NCBI GenBank assembly: GCA_973851085.1
Contig: OZ316775.1
Span: forward strand, 16,058,001 to 16,122,000
Direction: 5' to 3'
DNA: 64,000 bases
Source: Ptychomitrium polyphyllum
Lineage: Eukaryota
The position numbers and the translations under genes are program-made. This document shows positions 50,721-64,000 of this stretch, in pieces. The notes beneath the pieces were generated by a model. That model searched no databases, had not been told where the DNA came from, and saw only the letters and a list, made by a program, of their open reading frames with translations. The first letter of the stretch is position 1. Each line of letters starts with the position of its first letter.

Positions 50721-53700
50721 TCAATATGTCTATCACTACAAAAATAGAATTAGAAATGTTCAACAATAGAAGATCAGTGATGAAATCCATTGGAAATAAA
50801 CAACCATGGTTGCCTTAGAATAGATAATAGTTGGAAAAGTCCATATGGATAGTATTTAGGATTTTTTGAGCAAGAACATGTATTATACGAGAGTACAATA
50901 TCTTTAATGACCTACCACATTTGAGGCCACCAAAAGTTGAGATAGAAGAATTCTGAAGTCTTGTTAAACTCAAAATGTCCAATTGCATGAAAATCATGAC
51001 GTATTTGAAGTACACAAAGGTTGACTGGTTATTCAAGAATATATAGGCGTTTTTTTAAATGTAAGAGGTTGTTTTCAAAATTGAACTTAAATACATCTTT
51101 AGAAAGATTGTTAGAACAATGTTTAATATCAAAAATAAGAAGGTCTAGAATAGATGTTGTATAATAAATGATGAATCCATCAAGGTTGAACTAATAATTG
51201 TGCAAATACAAAATTGTATAGGATTTAATAGACCTGCTTGTTGTTAATCATGTGGTATTTTTTCTTCTTTCAGCACAAGATATGATTGCCTAAACTAAGC
51301 ATCTAACAATCCTTGTTATTTTCCAAATTGATATGAAATGCAAAAATAAAATTGAGATAGAAGCATACTTCATCAAGCTTGACAATAATTCAAGATACAA
51401 GCTGACATGAAACATTCAAGGTTCTTGATATATATATATAATCACTGGATGAATAGTTTTTTCAAGCATTTGGCGCCATTCTTGAAAGGAATCCATAATT
51501 CCAAGGAATTTGTTGTTGTAGATCTTACAATTGATTTTTGTAGTTGAAAATTCTCCGGATTGGAATGCAATCAAGTGGAATCTCTTCCACTTTTTCTAAT
51601 TATAATAAATTATTCCTAATATAAAGTCAAAATCATTCAATTCCATATAAAATGACTTTAAATAGTTTAGATGGATCAAAATAAGAACTATTATAAAAGT
51701 CCTTTTTAGACTTTTGACTGCATTTTTGACATCAATTTCTTATTCAAGCTTGTTCCTGCATATTAGTTGCATTAGTAGAATGGCTATTTTAAACTAGTCC
51801 TTGATAAAGAATATATAGAAGTTTGCACGTCCAAGAAAGCATTGAACATCACGTATTAATTTTGGCCTCATACAATCATTGATTGTTTTGACTTTCTTTG
51901 GATCCATCAATAGTATTTTATTGAAGATGATATAGGACAGGAATTCTATTTAGCGCTCATGGAAAATACATTTCTTCAATTTTACATACAATCTAACATT
52001 TTATAGTTTTTATACAATTATGCTGACATGTTATTCAAGCTCCTCTAGGTTCTTTGAATAAATAAAAATGACATTCAAATAATATATGACAAAGTCATCA
52101 AAGTACTTATAAAACATATCACTCATTAGGTGTTGGAAAATGGCAGGTACATTAGTAAGTCTAAAAAGGCATAACATTGTTTCCATTTGTCTCCTTCTTT
52201 AATGCATACCAAATTGTAGGCTCCTTACAAACCTATTTTTGTATAGTATTTTGTTTGGCAAAATTGATCAAGAAGTCCAAATATGAGCGGTAATGAATAT
52301 TGGTTCTTCACTGTTATTTTGTTGAAGCTACAATAATGAGCACACATATGTAAAGATCCATTATTCTTCTTTATAAAAGATACTAAAGCACCAACAAGAA
52401 ATTTTAAATGTCAAATGAAATTCTTGGTTAAGTTCTCATCAATATCTTCTTTTAATGCCAAAAATTTGTTTTGAAAAAAAATATAGATAGGTCCAAATGG
52501 TGGTTGTGCGCCGTTTTTAAAAATCAATAGAAAAATTGTAAATATGATGTTTTGGTAGGGTGTTATCTTTTTTTCCACCTTCATAAATGCTCTATTTTTA
52601 GTAAAAAGAGGCTATATGGTTTTAGATCTATGAGCTTCTTCTCTAGGCTTGGTAATTATAGGTTCTAATATAAAAAATTCTATTTTATGAGATGACCAAT
52701 TTATATGCAAGTTGTACTTTTTGAGCCTAAAGAGTCCTAGAATGATAAGACTTGATAGAGACCTAATAATATTAGACACTACTTGATTATTATAATTATC
52801 AAATGATACTTTTTATGAAGTAATTTTATAAATAATATCTCTAGAGGATAAAAGTCAATCATTTATGATTTTTATATGGATGGATTTGGACTTTTGAATA
52901 AAAAAAAACCTTATAGTTTTTCAAAAATTCCTCATCAATTAAACAAATAGAGGTCCTTAAATCCAATAAAACAAGGCTTTTGAGTTTTTAAACATCCAAA
53001 CAAAAAACTATAGTAAAACAAGAGGAAATGTGAGTTAGTAGTATATGATTTTTTTTTGCTTGCAAAAAAAGAAGTATATGATTCCTACTATGGCTTGGAC
53101 ATCCTTGTTTTCCTACAAAGCATTTGGCATCATGATTGTATACCTCATCCAATATGTATATATGAGTTTCTTGAGATAATTATTAACCTTATAATTAAGT
53201 TTTCTACAATATAAGTAAAAGCCTTTCTTCTTATGAAATTTTTTCTTTTGTTTAGTAAGGAGCTTGAAGCAAAGTACATCAATCTTCATAGCTTCCGCTT
53301 CCAAATACTCATTGGAGATAAACGGAGTCAAGACTATTAAGAAATTGATACATGGTTGTGACGTAATTAAAGTCCACTTAATTTGCCAACATTGTAATTA
53401 ATGGCTATTACATTTCAAAACTTCACGAATGGCCTCATCAAGAGTTTAAAAATCTTGCTTAGATAGCAACAGTCCTTAACTTTGTCATATACGCCTCTAT
53501 AAAACTAAATCATTAAAGCTCCTTTTGCCTAATTAATAATGCATATAAGTTGCTAAAATTCCAATGGATAGATTGACATTGAATGTGGTTCATAGAATAG
53601 GGTACAAATCTTAGTGGTTGCAAAATGAAGCTTGTCATGGTCACCAAATGTTTCTACAAACGTGGCTAGACATGCATCAAAGTTATTTTGTATGAAAGAA

Positions 53701-53872
53701 TTCTTCTAAAAAAGTGGTGCAAACCAAGAGAATACTTATTGTAAGAGCATTGTTTCCACCAAACCAACACGTGAAGCATTTGGAGAGTATCATCAAGGTT
53801 GGAGCAAGGTTACAAATTGATCTTGATTTATAAAGCTTTGAAAGTTTGAATGCGTATTGTCAAACTTCTGCT

Positions 53873-54035
53873 GAAAGTTGATTCTTAATTTTTTTGCTAT
53901 TGACATTGAGCTACCGGCTTGAATTTGTGCATCTTTTGTTATAATAGATTTAAGAAAGTTGATTCTTAATTTTTTTGCCATTAACATTGAGCTACCGGCT
54001 TGAATTTGTGCATCTTTTGTTATAATAGATTTAAG
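53873..54035. repeat. About 81-bp tandem duplication inside the H gag remnant
   Basis: Two near-identical copies, seen as the repeated SIITKDAQIQAGSSM in ORF 53793-54107. Confidence 0.85.
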
Positions 54036-56197
54036 AGATGGAGTACATATGGTGATTTGGAATAGCAATTGAAGTGCTTCTACTCTTTGATTATTATGTA
54101 TGTTCATACAAAGTTCTTCATTTTCTTTGATTAAAGTTGAGATTTGATTTTTTAAGCTTTAAAGGCATTTATAATTGAATATAATTTGGCTTCTTTTAAA
54201 TCTAACATATTGATTTCTTTAACTCATGGCATAAAAATGAAAAAAATACAAACGAGTATAGTTAAGTAAAAAAACATTAAAATTTTGAAAGATAATACCA
54301 GTCTAGAAGAAGATAATTTGCAACTTCTAAAATACTATTATATTTCCAAAAAGATGAGTAATCTACAGTCTATCAAGAAAAATTAAGCTCTAATATTGTT
54401 GTATGATAGTCTCAATAAAATATTGCAAATAAAATAACAATAAGTCAAAGCTTCAAGTCGCCAAAATATGGAACAAAGTATTTCAAGGTATATTAGAAGC
54501 AAAGAGCTATAACAATGTTCAAAGACAAGACTAGTAGGTTTGAGCTAGATTATAAGAATTGCGTTGTCAAGATTAAAGATTTCTTTAGCCTCAATTTTTA
54601 TATATACTAAGACGACAAACCTTGGAAGCTTCTTCAGAAGCTTCCAATACAATGTTCCGTATTCAAACAACCTTAGATTGCTTCATTTAGCAAAAATAAT
54701 TTCTTAGAAAACTTCTTTAGCCTTTTTTAACTTTTTAGGAACCTTTCTAAAAGTTTATAATATGTATATATGTAATAGTTACGTAATTAAGTTGTATAAA
54801 AATAATTTTGGAATTTCAAAATGTATAATAAAAAAATATAAATTATAAGAAATGGAAATCAAATACATCCACTAAGATTTTAAGTTTAAAAAAAAAAATT
54901 AATAAAAAAAAATTGGTTATGATATTTTAAATTTTAATATTATATAAAATTGATTTGATTTCAAAGTTGCAATTATACTACGTAGCTTTGATATATAATA
55001 CAAAGAATAATTTGGTTTATTAAAATTGCATAAATTATAGAATTATTTTTATCAAATTTAGATGATTTTCCAAAAAATCATCACAATTGCTAACAACTAT
55101 ATAGCTTATCTTCCAAAAATCATGCTGGCTGCTTCTACTTGAGCTTCTAAAAGGTTGTGGAATCCCTGTTAGAATACTTATAAATCCATTTATTTAAACA
55201 ACCTTCAATTCTTTATTGTCTTTGGAATCCATTAGTTGTAAGTTCAAAATTTGAGCTTGGTATTAAAATTAATAATCTGATTCAATGCTTAAAGGAATTT
55301 AAGAATGAGGTTCAAATTGCACTTGACATATATAGCTCCTAGTTACTTCTTCCTTAGCATTTTTGACTTGTTTGACTCCCACAATATCATTGTAGAATAT
55401 ATCTCCAATTACATGTAGTTGTAATCTTAAGTGTTTAAAGGGGTGCTATAAACAATTAAAGAAGGCATTTGTGGGTGAATTTGTTATGCATCCTTATTTT
55501 GGTTTCTTTGTTGCAAAGGTAATAATGATTATGGCACTTATTTTTGTTATATATAACTATCTTTTATTTATACAACAATTATCCTATAGTATAGCAGTGG
55601 ATGCCAAGCCACGTCAAATAAATGTTATGTAATTTTGTTTAGAAATTTTTTCATTTGTTTAGGACAAACTTCGTTTTATTTAGCCATATTAGAGTCAATT
55701 TGGAACTTGGAGGAAGTAGTTGATGGAAAACTTCAATTGACTTGGTATTTTTTGCCAAGTCAAAATTAGAAAGTGTTTTCAAGAGATGTTTTTGTTTTTC
55801 TTAGCTTAGAAATAGCAATTGAACCATTAAGCAAATGTTGCAATTTTGGCAGTTGATTGTTACTTACACTCTAGAATTCTCCTTTTAATGGAGTAAGAAG
55901 TGCTTAATTGAAGTGTTGTGATTTCTTCTTCATTTCTTAAAAGTATGCGTTGATCATATCCAAATGAGAATGCATAATAAACAAACTTGATAAACAATTA
56001 TGGTACTCAATCTATTATGTACGGTGAACCATTTTCATGGAAATATAAGATAAAAACACCCTCGTGTAGATGCAGAGTAATCTGAAGGTGTTAGTGTGAA
56101 AAGTGGATACAGCAAGAACGAGGAAGCCATGCGGAAGGGCGCGAATCGTGTGTAGGAGAGTGGGAAAGGAAAACAGAGGACAGAGGAACTAAGAAGA

Positions 56198-56417
56198 GGG
56201 TTAGGGAGGTAGGGGTTAGTGGGCTAGGAGGTTAGGGGGTTAGGAGGCTAGGAGGTTAGCGGGTTAGGAGGCTAGGAGGTTAGGGGGTTAGGGGTTGGAG
56301 GGTTGAGGGGTTTAGGGGTTAGAGGGATTAGAGGGGTTAGGGGTTAGAGGGGGTCAGGGGTTAGAGGGGTTTTGGGGGGTTAAAAGGGGTCAGGGGTTAG
56401 AGGGTTTAGGGGTTAGG
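56198..56417 (+). repeat. Degenerate telomere-like G-rich array (GGGGTTAG / GGGGTTTAG / GGAGGCTAG units) about 160 bp upstream of the UTP10 ATG
   Basis: About 220 bp with many G3-G6 runs separated by TTA/TTTA/TCA/CTA; includes TTAGGG and TTTAGGG. Confidence 0.85.
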
Positions 56418-56573
56418 CCTCCTCTGCTTCGTCGCTTCGCACGCAAGCTACTGCTCAGTTTGCGCGCTTCCCTTGTGCGCAACGACGGCGCCGCGCCTTT
56501 GAGCCTTCATTGTTGCGCGGTCGACTTTGTTGAGGGAGAGAGCTCGAGTGAAGCAGCAGAGGATTGTCGCGCC

Positions 56574-59500
56574 ATGGCGTCATCGCTTGCTTTGCAATTG
56601 GAGGTTCTGGCTGTGGCGGGCGGCCAGCCCTCGAGTGTCAATTCTAAGACTCGGCCGTCACTTCTGTTTTCGCCTACTGATGCGGCTGACATCGATCTTC
56701 GAACCATATTTGGTCTCTGCGAATCAGGTAGGGCATTTTCTGCGCACCTAGTTCGGTGTCGGGAATTCTATAGCTTAGAGTTTCTGCGTTTCCTTGCTGT
56801 CCGGGGCTTATGCTAGGGTTTATGTGGCTGCTGTAGGTTTGGACGAGTTGGCGAGTACGGACAAGCGGTTTGAAGCGTACAGGAAAACGCTCTTCAGCCA
56901 GGAGAGCTTGAAACTGGACCGTGAGCTGCAATCGCGAGAGCTAAATGAGAAACTCAACAGTTCTATTAGTACTTTCCTTCGAATTTTGTCGCATTACATT
57001 TTGCTCAAACCCGCACATCAAGTATTGGAATACCTCATCCGCCGCTACAAGTTTGTCACCTGCATATTATCCTGGATTGATTGTTTTGTGTGCTGCACAC
57101 GACTAGAACAATGAGATTGGAAAACTGCGTAGTTGTACTGGCATAATGTTTGGAATCCTTTCTTGAAATTAAAAGGTCATCTTAAATGGAAGAGCTATTG
57201 TGACTCGGTTCAATCTTTAGATTTATACTGTTGAGCTTTGTGTGCAGCTGTCGTATTTCTGATTCTTCATGGTGCTTCCTATCGGCTGATGATATTTCTT
57301 GTTGGATATGTAGGATTCACATATACAATGTGGACGATATTTTAATTTGCACGTTGTCATATCACGAAACCAGCCTCTTTGTCCGAATAGTCCAGCTCCT
57401 CCAGCTTAAGTAAGTTTCAGTCTCCAATTGCCTCGAGAAAGTTTTTCTTATTACAATCTCTTTGATGGTTATTGTATGATCTATCAGTTGCTGAGAAGCA
57501 AAATCTTTGAAATGAATATTAGGAGTATGTGTTAAGAAATTGGAGAATTTATTGTACTTGTGGCAATCTGAATTTTGGTGAGAAGCAATCTGAAATGCAG
57601 ATGAGATATTTTACTTCATTACTACAGCATTAACTCTAATGCGGTAGTTTACACAGTCCAGATTGAAGTAGTGCATTTGAGTTTGGTCATTTGAGGTGAC
57701 TTGTGTTTTTGGTACTAACAGAAGAAATTTTAGTAGGAGGATTTACGGGGAGCATTTTAATTCGTTTCAGGAAAACCAAATGGGCATTTCTTGAGGGAGT
57801 GCAAAAATCGGGTGCTGCTCCTACTCGTGCTGCTCTGGTAGACCAGTGTAGGCGTGACGCGGTCATGCTCGATACACTTTGTGAAGCTGTAAGTTTTCTA
57901 CATTTTTTCTATTTTTCATAGCGGTGTATTTGTGAAGATTTGTCAACTTCTGCACAAAAGAGGATATCAGTTGGTTATCTTTTTTGTGGCCACGTTAGAA
58001 GTAGTAAAGGTTCTTTTTCTAGTTCCTGGAAAACGCATCGGCTTATGCATTTTTCCGGAATGCTTTTTCGAGTGTTAAGCCAGAAGGTGTAAGCTTCACT
58101 GCTGCTGATTTAGCTTTTTGTTAGGATCGTTTTGGTTATTTAAACAATTTGGAGGTGCTTTGATCTCACTTGGCTGTTTGATCAATGTGTGTTTTATGTA
58201 GGCCATAAAGGTCGCTCGTATGCCTTCAAAGACTAGGACAATCGCGTCGCTCACATCAATCATTGTGATGGAGCTGCTAGCAGCAGTCCCCGCTGTGGAA
58301 ACTAGCACTATCAACAGAATCTTGCCTTTTATTTTGCACAGCTTTGAAGGTGGCATTACCGAAGATTACCGAGTATGTGTTCATAGTGCATGCGACCAAT
58401 ATCTTTTCGCACAACCTCATCCCATCTAGGCGATACTTTACTCTGTTAATCTTTTAAGCTGTGTTCTAACTGGTTTTTGCTTCTTTGTGTACTTATCATA
58501 TCATATAGTTCTCTTGATCTGATCTGTGCTTAGCTTTATCACTTAGGCTTTGCAGATTGAACTGTTATACACCAATCAGATTGTATTATTGTTTGATTCT
58601 TGATACATCTGTTTAGGGATTGCCTTTTATCTTGTTTCTAGGCATTTGTAGCCTGTTTAGGATTGATATGAATTCAAAAGTCAACATGTTTGTTTCTTTA
58701 CAGTCACTTCACTTTACTAGTTTTGCTTAAACGAGAGACACATGTTGTAGTTGAATGGGATAAAGACATCCTACTCTGAGGACTACCATTTGTCCATCGA
58801 GTTTGTTGCAGTCGAAGTTCTCATGATGTCAGTTAATGTGATTTTTTGCAGGTTGGAGCTCTAATGGTGGTGGGTACCTTAGCAAACAGAGCTTCGCTTT
58901 CCTCCTCATTGGTGGAAACATTAACTGTGGCCATGGCAAAAAACATACAAAAAGAGTCTGCTGTCGAAGGAACGCCGCTGTTTAGGGTCTCGTTGATGGT
59001 CATGATTCAGCTTATGCAGGTAAGTCTATTTCAAGCTTTTGCGCTTTTCCATCTTGTCCTGGTATTTCATTGTAGCAGCGTCTATAAACATTTCAGCTTT
59101 GGTTAACTCTAGCTTCTGGTCCTGGTGACTGTAAACGATCCTTTTGATCTCGTCATAAGCACTGTATATTTTTTTCTTAAAATTAACTGCAACGAGATTC
59201 TGTAAACTAAGACGTTTTCAACACTTTGTATCATTGATTTTAATAGTGTATTCTCGCTGCTTATATCAAAGGATGTCTTGTTGCATCACTAACAATTGAT
59301 TTCTTGACTTTTCATGTTTGAGGGATGTAGAGCATGTAATTCTAGTTTTGTTTATTTTTGCAGACTCAAGCCGTGAATCATTTTCCTGTAGAAGCCTTTA
59401 GAGTACTTGTAAAATTGAGGTGGGTAGATTTAACTTGGAGACCTTCTATTGAAGGGTTCATGTCCTGTGTTTCTACGAGGGCTCTTATCTGTTTCGGTTT

Positions 59501-62500
59501 GGTATGTATTGGAGTAATGCTTCTCATACGCTAGTTCCGAGTTTGCATTTGTAGTAGACACCTAGAAGGCACTACAAGTACTCAGTATGTTACGTTGGGA
59601 TGGAATTGGTTGCTTATGTTTTGAGCTAATGTTGTCAAGGCTTTTGGTTGCAGAGTCTTTTATGAACTCTTGGCCAAGCTTGCAGTTATCTACGATGCAA
59701 GCAGGCTCCTGTCTCTCTTTCTTGAAGTTCACGTCAAACATTGGTAAGTTGGTTGCTGGAAGCGCGGTTTGGTTTGATATCGTAGTGCAAGAGTGGGTTG
59801 GAAACGTCAAATTTTTTGTTGACATCATGAAGGATATATTGGAGTTCATGACTCGCTCAGTTCGTGTGTGGCTGATGAAGATGCGCTGCTTGGTCATGGT
59901 ATTTGACTGCTCAAATTTCATTCTGAGCATCAATGGTGGCTACTTCATGTTTTGTATGGAATCTCATCGATTGGGTCTAGTGTGATGCCACTTTCTCAGT
60001 TGTTTAATTTGATTCTGCTATCTCGGATTTTGAGCACGATAAATCATCATCCAAATTTGGGAGAGTGTGGGTTCGGTGTTTAACTTTAGTTTGTATACCG
60101 GCAGTGTTATACACGTGAATTACGAGCAGTCGCTGGTGAACCTGATCAACACAGTTCCATTGAGAGATTATGTAGGACAGCTCGTAACAAGTATCTTACA
60201 ACTTTACATGGGAGACTTTGGTGCAGAGGATGGAGGACAAAGGAATCGCAATGAAAGTAAGATCTTCATTCTCACTCTCTGAATATAGCACCTGGATGTG
60301 TTGCCGTTGCTGTTATTTTGAGTGATACAGCGAACAGGTTACAGCGGTAGGAACTGTAGAACATTTTTGCTGTATCCTGATTCTTACCAATATTTTAGTT
60401 CTTCTAGGTGACTTTGTTTACTGAATGTTTTATTTTGGAGGAATCTCTCTTCCACCTGTATAGTATAATAGAGATCATACTCCCATGCCTTATGCTATCT
60501 GCTGCTGTAGGAAATTGAGCAATTCGTGTGACATTCATTTTCAGTGGAAGTTTTTGCGTCTTCTTAGTTTGTCTATTAATGCCTCCATTAGCATTTTAGA
60601 TTTCTGCAGTCTGCTAGATCGTTTGGTTCATCTATTTTGACTGATTTTTGTTCTGCTTTTGGGTGTTCAGAAGAAGTTGCTAAGCATCTTTTCCAAGTAC
60701 TACAGAGGCGTTTTCCTACAGAACTAGACAGTGCAGTCTCTTTATGTCTACAGGTACTTTGCTTGACCTTGTTAGTTTTTATGAGTTTCTATTCTTACGG
60801 TCCTGTCTGAAGACGATATTGGGCTGATTTGATACATCTGTTCTACGCAACGTTTGGATGCAAAGTTTGAAATCTGTATATGCTTGAACAGAAGGGACCA
60901 GGATCAGGAAAGAGTGTAAATGGAAGTGCTCAGCAACAAGCCCTGCGTGAAATATTTCTGGGCACTCTTCACATGCCTCTTGTAGAATCCAACAGGACTG
61001 TTTATGCTTCACTTAACCATCCTGAGGTATTCTTGCTTTTCATGTTGGAAGTTGCTGGAGTTCATGTGGCCATTGGTGCTGGTTATATTCTCTCAGCCCT
61101 AAGATGACGCCTGACCTTCATGGAGAGTTATATAATATACAAGTTTTAAGACGTTAAAGTTGTCATTTAATCTAAATATGTTTTTTTATTGTCTATTTCC
61201 AAGTCATATGTTTTTCTAATGAATCATATATGATAATTTGAGTTGCCTTTGTTTCTGGATGAGCATCTTCTTGCATTAATTGTTTTTTGTCTGCAACTTA
61301 GGCGCGAGTTCGAGAGGCAGCAGTGCGGCGCTTAGCGGATTTTGATGAAGCACCAAACAACGACGTTCACTCTGAGGTAATGGTCATTAGTATCTGGTCA
61401 TGAATGGGAGATGCACAATTCCCATAGTACATAGAAGTACTGGTGCATGTTACTCCAGATTGCATGGTAACCTGTTCATTATTCATTTTTGTTTTATTTA
61501 AAGCGAATACTTTTGGGCTGAAACCTGATCTGCACATTCTAGTGGAATTCCCAAGTTTTGCCTCGCACTGGGATTCTTGTTTTTAGTGAAGAGTGACCCT
61601 GATTTGTTTTGTCGCAGATGAGAGATATGATGTGGGAAGCCTTGTTTCAACTTGCCCATGATGATGATTATGAAGTATTGCTCACAATTTTGTCTATTAA
61701 GAGCCTCGTCCATTCCCCTTTTCCAGAAAGGGTGTTCAGGATGTTGTCATCGATCATTTTAAAGGGCATAAATACCATGACAGCAGGTTTGTTCTTTATG
61801 GGATGAAGGCTTTCTAGGGATGGATGATGAAGTCTTTGAAATTTTAATATGCAGATATTCATCAGGTGGTCGCTGTGAATATTTTAAGCCCAAGAATCTT
61901 CTAAAATCCTGAAAGTTTACCGTTTGAGGCCGCTGATGAATGCTTAAGATGTTTCTTCCTCTCTTAACTTCCTATACTTTTTGGAATTTCATTACATGCC
62001 AATTACAGTATCAGATATAATTGCCTTCTATTATTCCTCTTGTACGGCCTTTAGTTCTTGGTCCATACTCGTTGAATCTTCCAATTGTAATCTCTTTTGT
62101 TGGGAGATTGTGTACTAGAGAAACGAGAAATGGCCACTGCACTTATGGTTCCACTTATATTTCTCACATTGAAGGTCCTTGTTATTTCAGATGTCCTCTT
62201 ACCGATTAGGAGTAAGCGGTTTTTTAAATCCTTTATCAGCATGATCCCACATTGTGCTTGTGGGTATGAGTGGTCTTACAGTGCAGGAAAGTCGATATGA
62301 AGTTGTATTTGTCACCTACAAAAGATGTAACTTTATTGTGTTCAGGTGGAAAGATGAAGGTGCAGGCCACTGCCACTGCAAGTATGGCCTTGAAGCTTCT
62401 TTCTTCAGAGTTTCTTGCGCTGCATCCAAGTTTTGCGGAACGAGTTGCAACTCTTCTTTTTGGTCTTTTACTTGCATCCCCTAAGGTAAAGATTAATCCA

Positions 62501-63796
62501 ATAGAGCTTGAAACCTAGTTTTTGTCGTTGCAGTGTCTTTGTGTGGTCATTATGGAAGACTTTTCTTCTCTGCTGGTAACTGCTGATAATTTTGGTTGCT
62601 TTCTTTGCAGACCTTCAAATTGAATTTGGCAGCATTGAGATTAGCTAGGGAAGTGCCCTTTACATTGTATGAAGCTTTGCCGGAGTTTCAGGATTCAATT
62701 CCTGAACAGAAGGGAGGTGTAAAGAATCAGATGGTGCGCTGCTCATCTTTCCTCGATTCTATGACTTTGAGTTCGTTAACATTCTCAGCGATGCTTTGTA
62801 CTTATTTTGAGCAGATTTTAGCTGTGCTCTAATTTTCTCTGAATTTTGTAGGATTTTATGATTTACTGTTCTGGAGCTCTGAATTTGCTGAGACCACTTT
62901 CAGATTTTGCATGACCTTTACATGTCAGAGAACATGGCATAACGTGGAACCTCTTGTAATGCCAGGCTGACTTCTTATTGCTTATCAATGAAAAAGTGGT
63001 GACAAGCTTGGCCACTTCTGTGCTGATGAAGAGTGAGAATCTACTTCCGGCCTTATTTAGCTCCGCTACGGAATCCGCTCGAAACAAATGCCTAGCTCTT
63101 GCCGTTTTGCTGCGTGTTTTTCAAGTTGCTCCAAAAGGTACTTCCAAATGCCTTTTTCCACAGACAACACTGTACTGTCTAAAATTGCAAGTTCCTTGTG
63201 CTGCTATTAGTACCTGGGTATGCCTGTTGGACCTCAGAGTTGCTGAGTAAAAGATGTTCTTATCTGCAGATTGTATTTTGGACGTAGTGAACGCATCTTT
63301 ACCTTGGCTCAGTGAACAGTTAGCAGTCTTGGAAGCAGAGAAAGGCTTCGATCTGATAAGTGCAATTAGTTACCAGGTACTTCAGTCGTATTGCCAGTTT
63401 CAGTGAATTACTTTTGGCTCTGCTATGGAATTATGTTACATACTCTCATGTAATCATAATCTGGAGCGTCTAGCGAAGTTTTGTATTATTGTTCGGAGTT
63501 TTCAGGGTAACTTGCGACTAGGAAAAATTTGATGGATTTAGTTACATTTGCTGATGGCTGTCCAAGAAGGTGTGCAAAGGAAGTTACTGGAATTGTTCTT
63601 GTTTGGATTTTTAAAGCATTTTCACCTGACACATTGTTATGTTGCTGGTATGAACCATTTTTAGGAAGATCATGAGGCCGCTATAATCAGGGTCGTTGCC
63701 TATGATCGACTCGATGAAGAGCCGGTCTATATACGTGCCGAGCTGTTATTAAAGATCTTTTATCAACTCTTGCAAGTTTTACCTACAAGTCCGAAG
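56574..63796 (+). CDS. UTP10: UTP10/HEATR1 (BAP28) SSU-processome HEAT-repeat protein, 5' part, continuing beyond the window. Exons: 56574-56727, 56837-57050, 57314-57409, 57771-57888, 58202-58372, 58852-59019, 59364-59419, 59654-59743, 60105-60256, 60671-60753, 60892-61026, 61302-61376, 61618-61786, 62346-62485, 62611-62733, 62966-63137, 63270-63376, 63665-63796
   Basis: N-terminus MASSLALQL..RPSLLFSPTDAADIDLRTIF..LDRELQSRELNEKLNSSISTFLRILSHYILLKPAHQVLEYLIRRYK|IHIYNVDD..YHETSLFVRIVQLL is the UTP10/HEATR1 signature. GT-AG exons; later exon limits are less certain. Confidence 0.92.
56814..56821. promoter_or_regulatory. Telo-box (TAGGGTTT) in UTP10 intron 1
   Basis: Exact motif in a ribosome-biogenesis gene; function inferred. 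Confidence 0.45.
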
Positions 63797-64000
63797 GTTT
63801 GTATGTCAGTAACTATTGGCTTTTGTCAAGTGTTGATTGTGGGTACATAAGTCTCATGGGATCAAAGCTAATGGAAATTGATCTTCTACATACTTTTTTA
63901 TTAATTCGAGGCATTTATGTGAGTTGGAGTTAGTAGAGGGAACAAGGTGGGACTTGTATTGCTCTGGTTCTGGTTTCAAATGAAGGAGCCTTCGGAACCT

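Larger units (their letters stand above)
28329..54777 (-). mobile_element. Host element H: old, heavily decayed Ty3/gypsy chromovirus (Tcn1-like, same family as E2). 5' LTR about 54421-54777, 3' LTR about 28329-28713; interrupted by E1, E2 and a solo LTR
   Basis: Both LTRs resemble the reverse complement of the E2 LTRs. Minus-strand gag (EAMKID..GFYLYC), RT, RNase H, integrase (MDFITDL) and chromodomain (HEFEVEEVLD) remnants. The sequence reads continuously across each insertion (28856|43190, 44453|50151, 50332|50726). Outer flanks ACTAT/GTTAC match only if both derive from GCTAC by deamination. Confidence 0.8.

Noticed and set aside
61822..61913. Possible intronic C/D-box snoRNA (ATGATGA ... 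CTGA) in UTP10
   Set aside because: No convincing terminal stem and no rRNA-antisense element that I can recognise; it would need an Rfam/snoscan search.

Overview
Eukaryotic nuclear DNA with GT-AG introns, most likely from a moss (inferred from plant-type genes plus Tcn1-like chromoviruses; not verified by a search). Left arm: an intronless, disrupted PRP43-like DEAH helicase pseudogene (-), a DUF538 gene (-), a 12-exon eIF3a gene (-), S-adenosylmethionine decarboxylase (+) with the overlapping tiny/small uORF pair, and a 5-exon ankyrin-repeat gene (-). Centre (28.3-54.8 kb): one nested stack of Ty3/gypsy chromoviruses, reconstructed from LTR pairs and target-site duplications (TSDs). An old minus-strand host (H) contains element E1, element E2 and a solo LTR; E1 itself contains the Galadriel-like element E4. 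Right arm: a G-rich telomere-like array, then the first 18 exons of UTP10/HEATR1 (+). Most interesting: (1) an unannotated extra ORF between pol and the 3' LTR, conserved at protein level in E1, E2 and H; (2) tRNA-independent, Tf1-type self-priming pairing with a compensatory change between families; (3) a covarying -1 frameshift hairpin; (4) E4 LTRs that are nearly identical except for their first 36 bp although the internal region is decayed; (5) a duplicated hairpin+PPT cassette in E4. All alignments and counts were done by eye.
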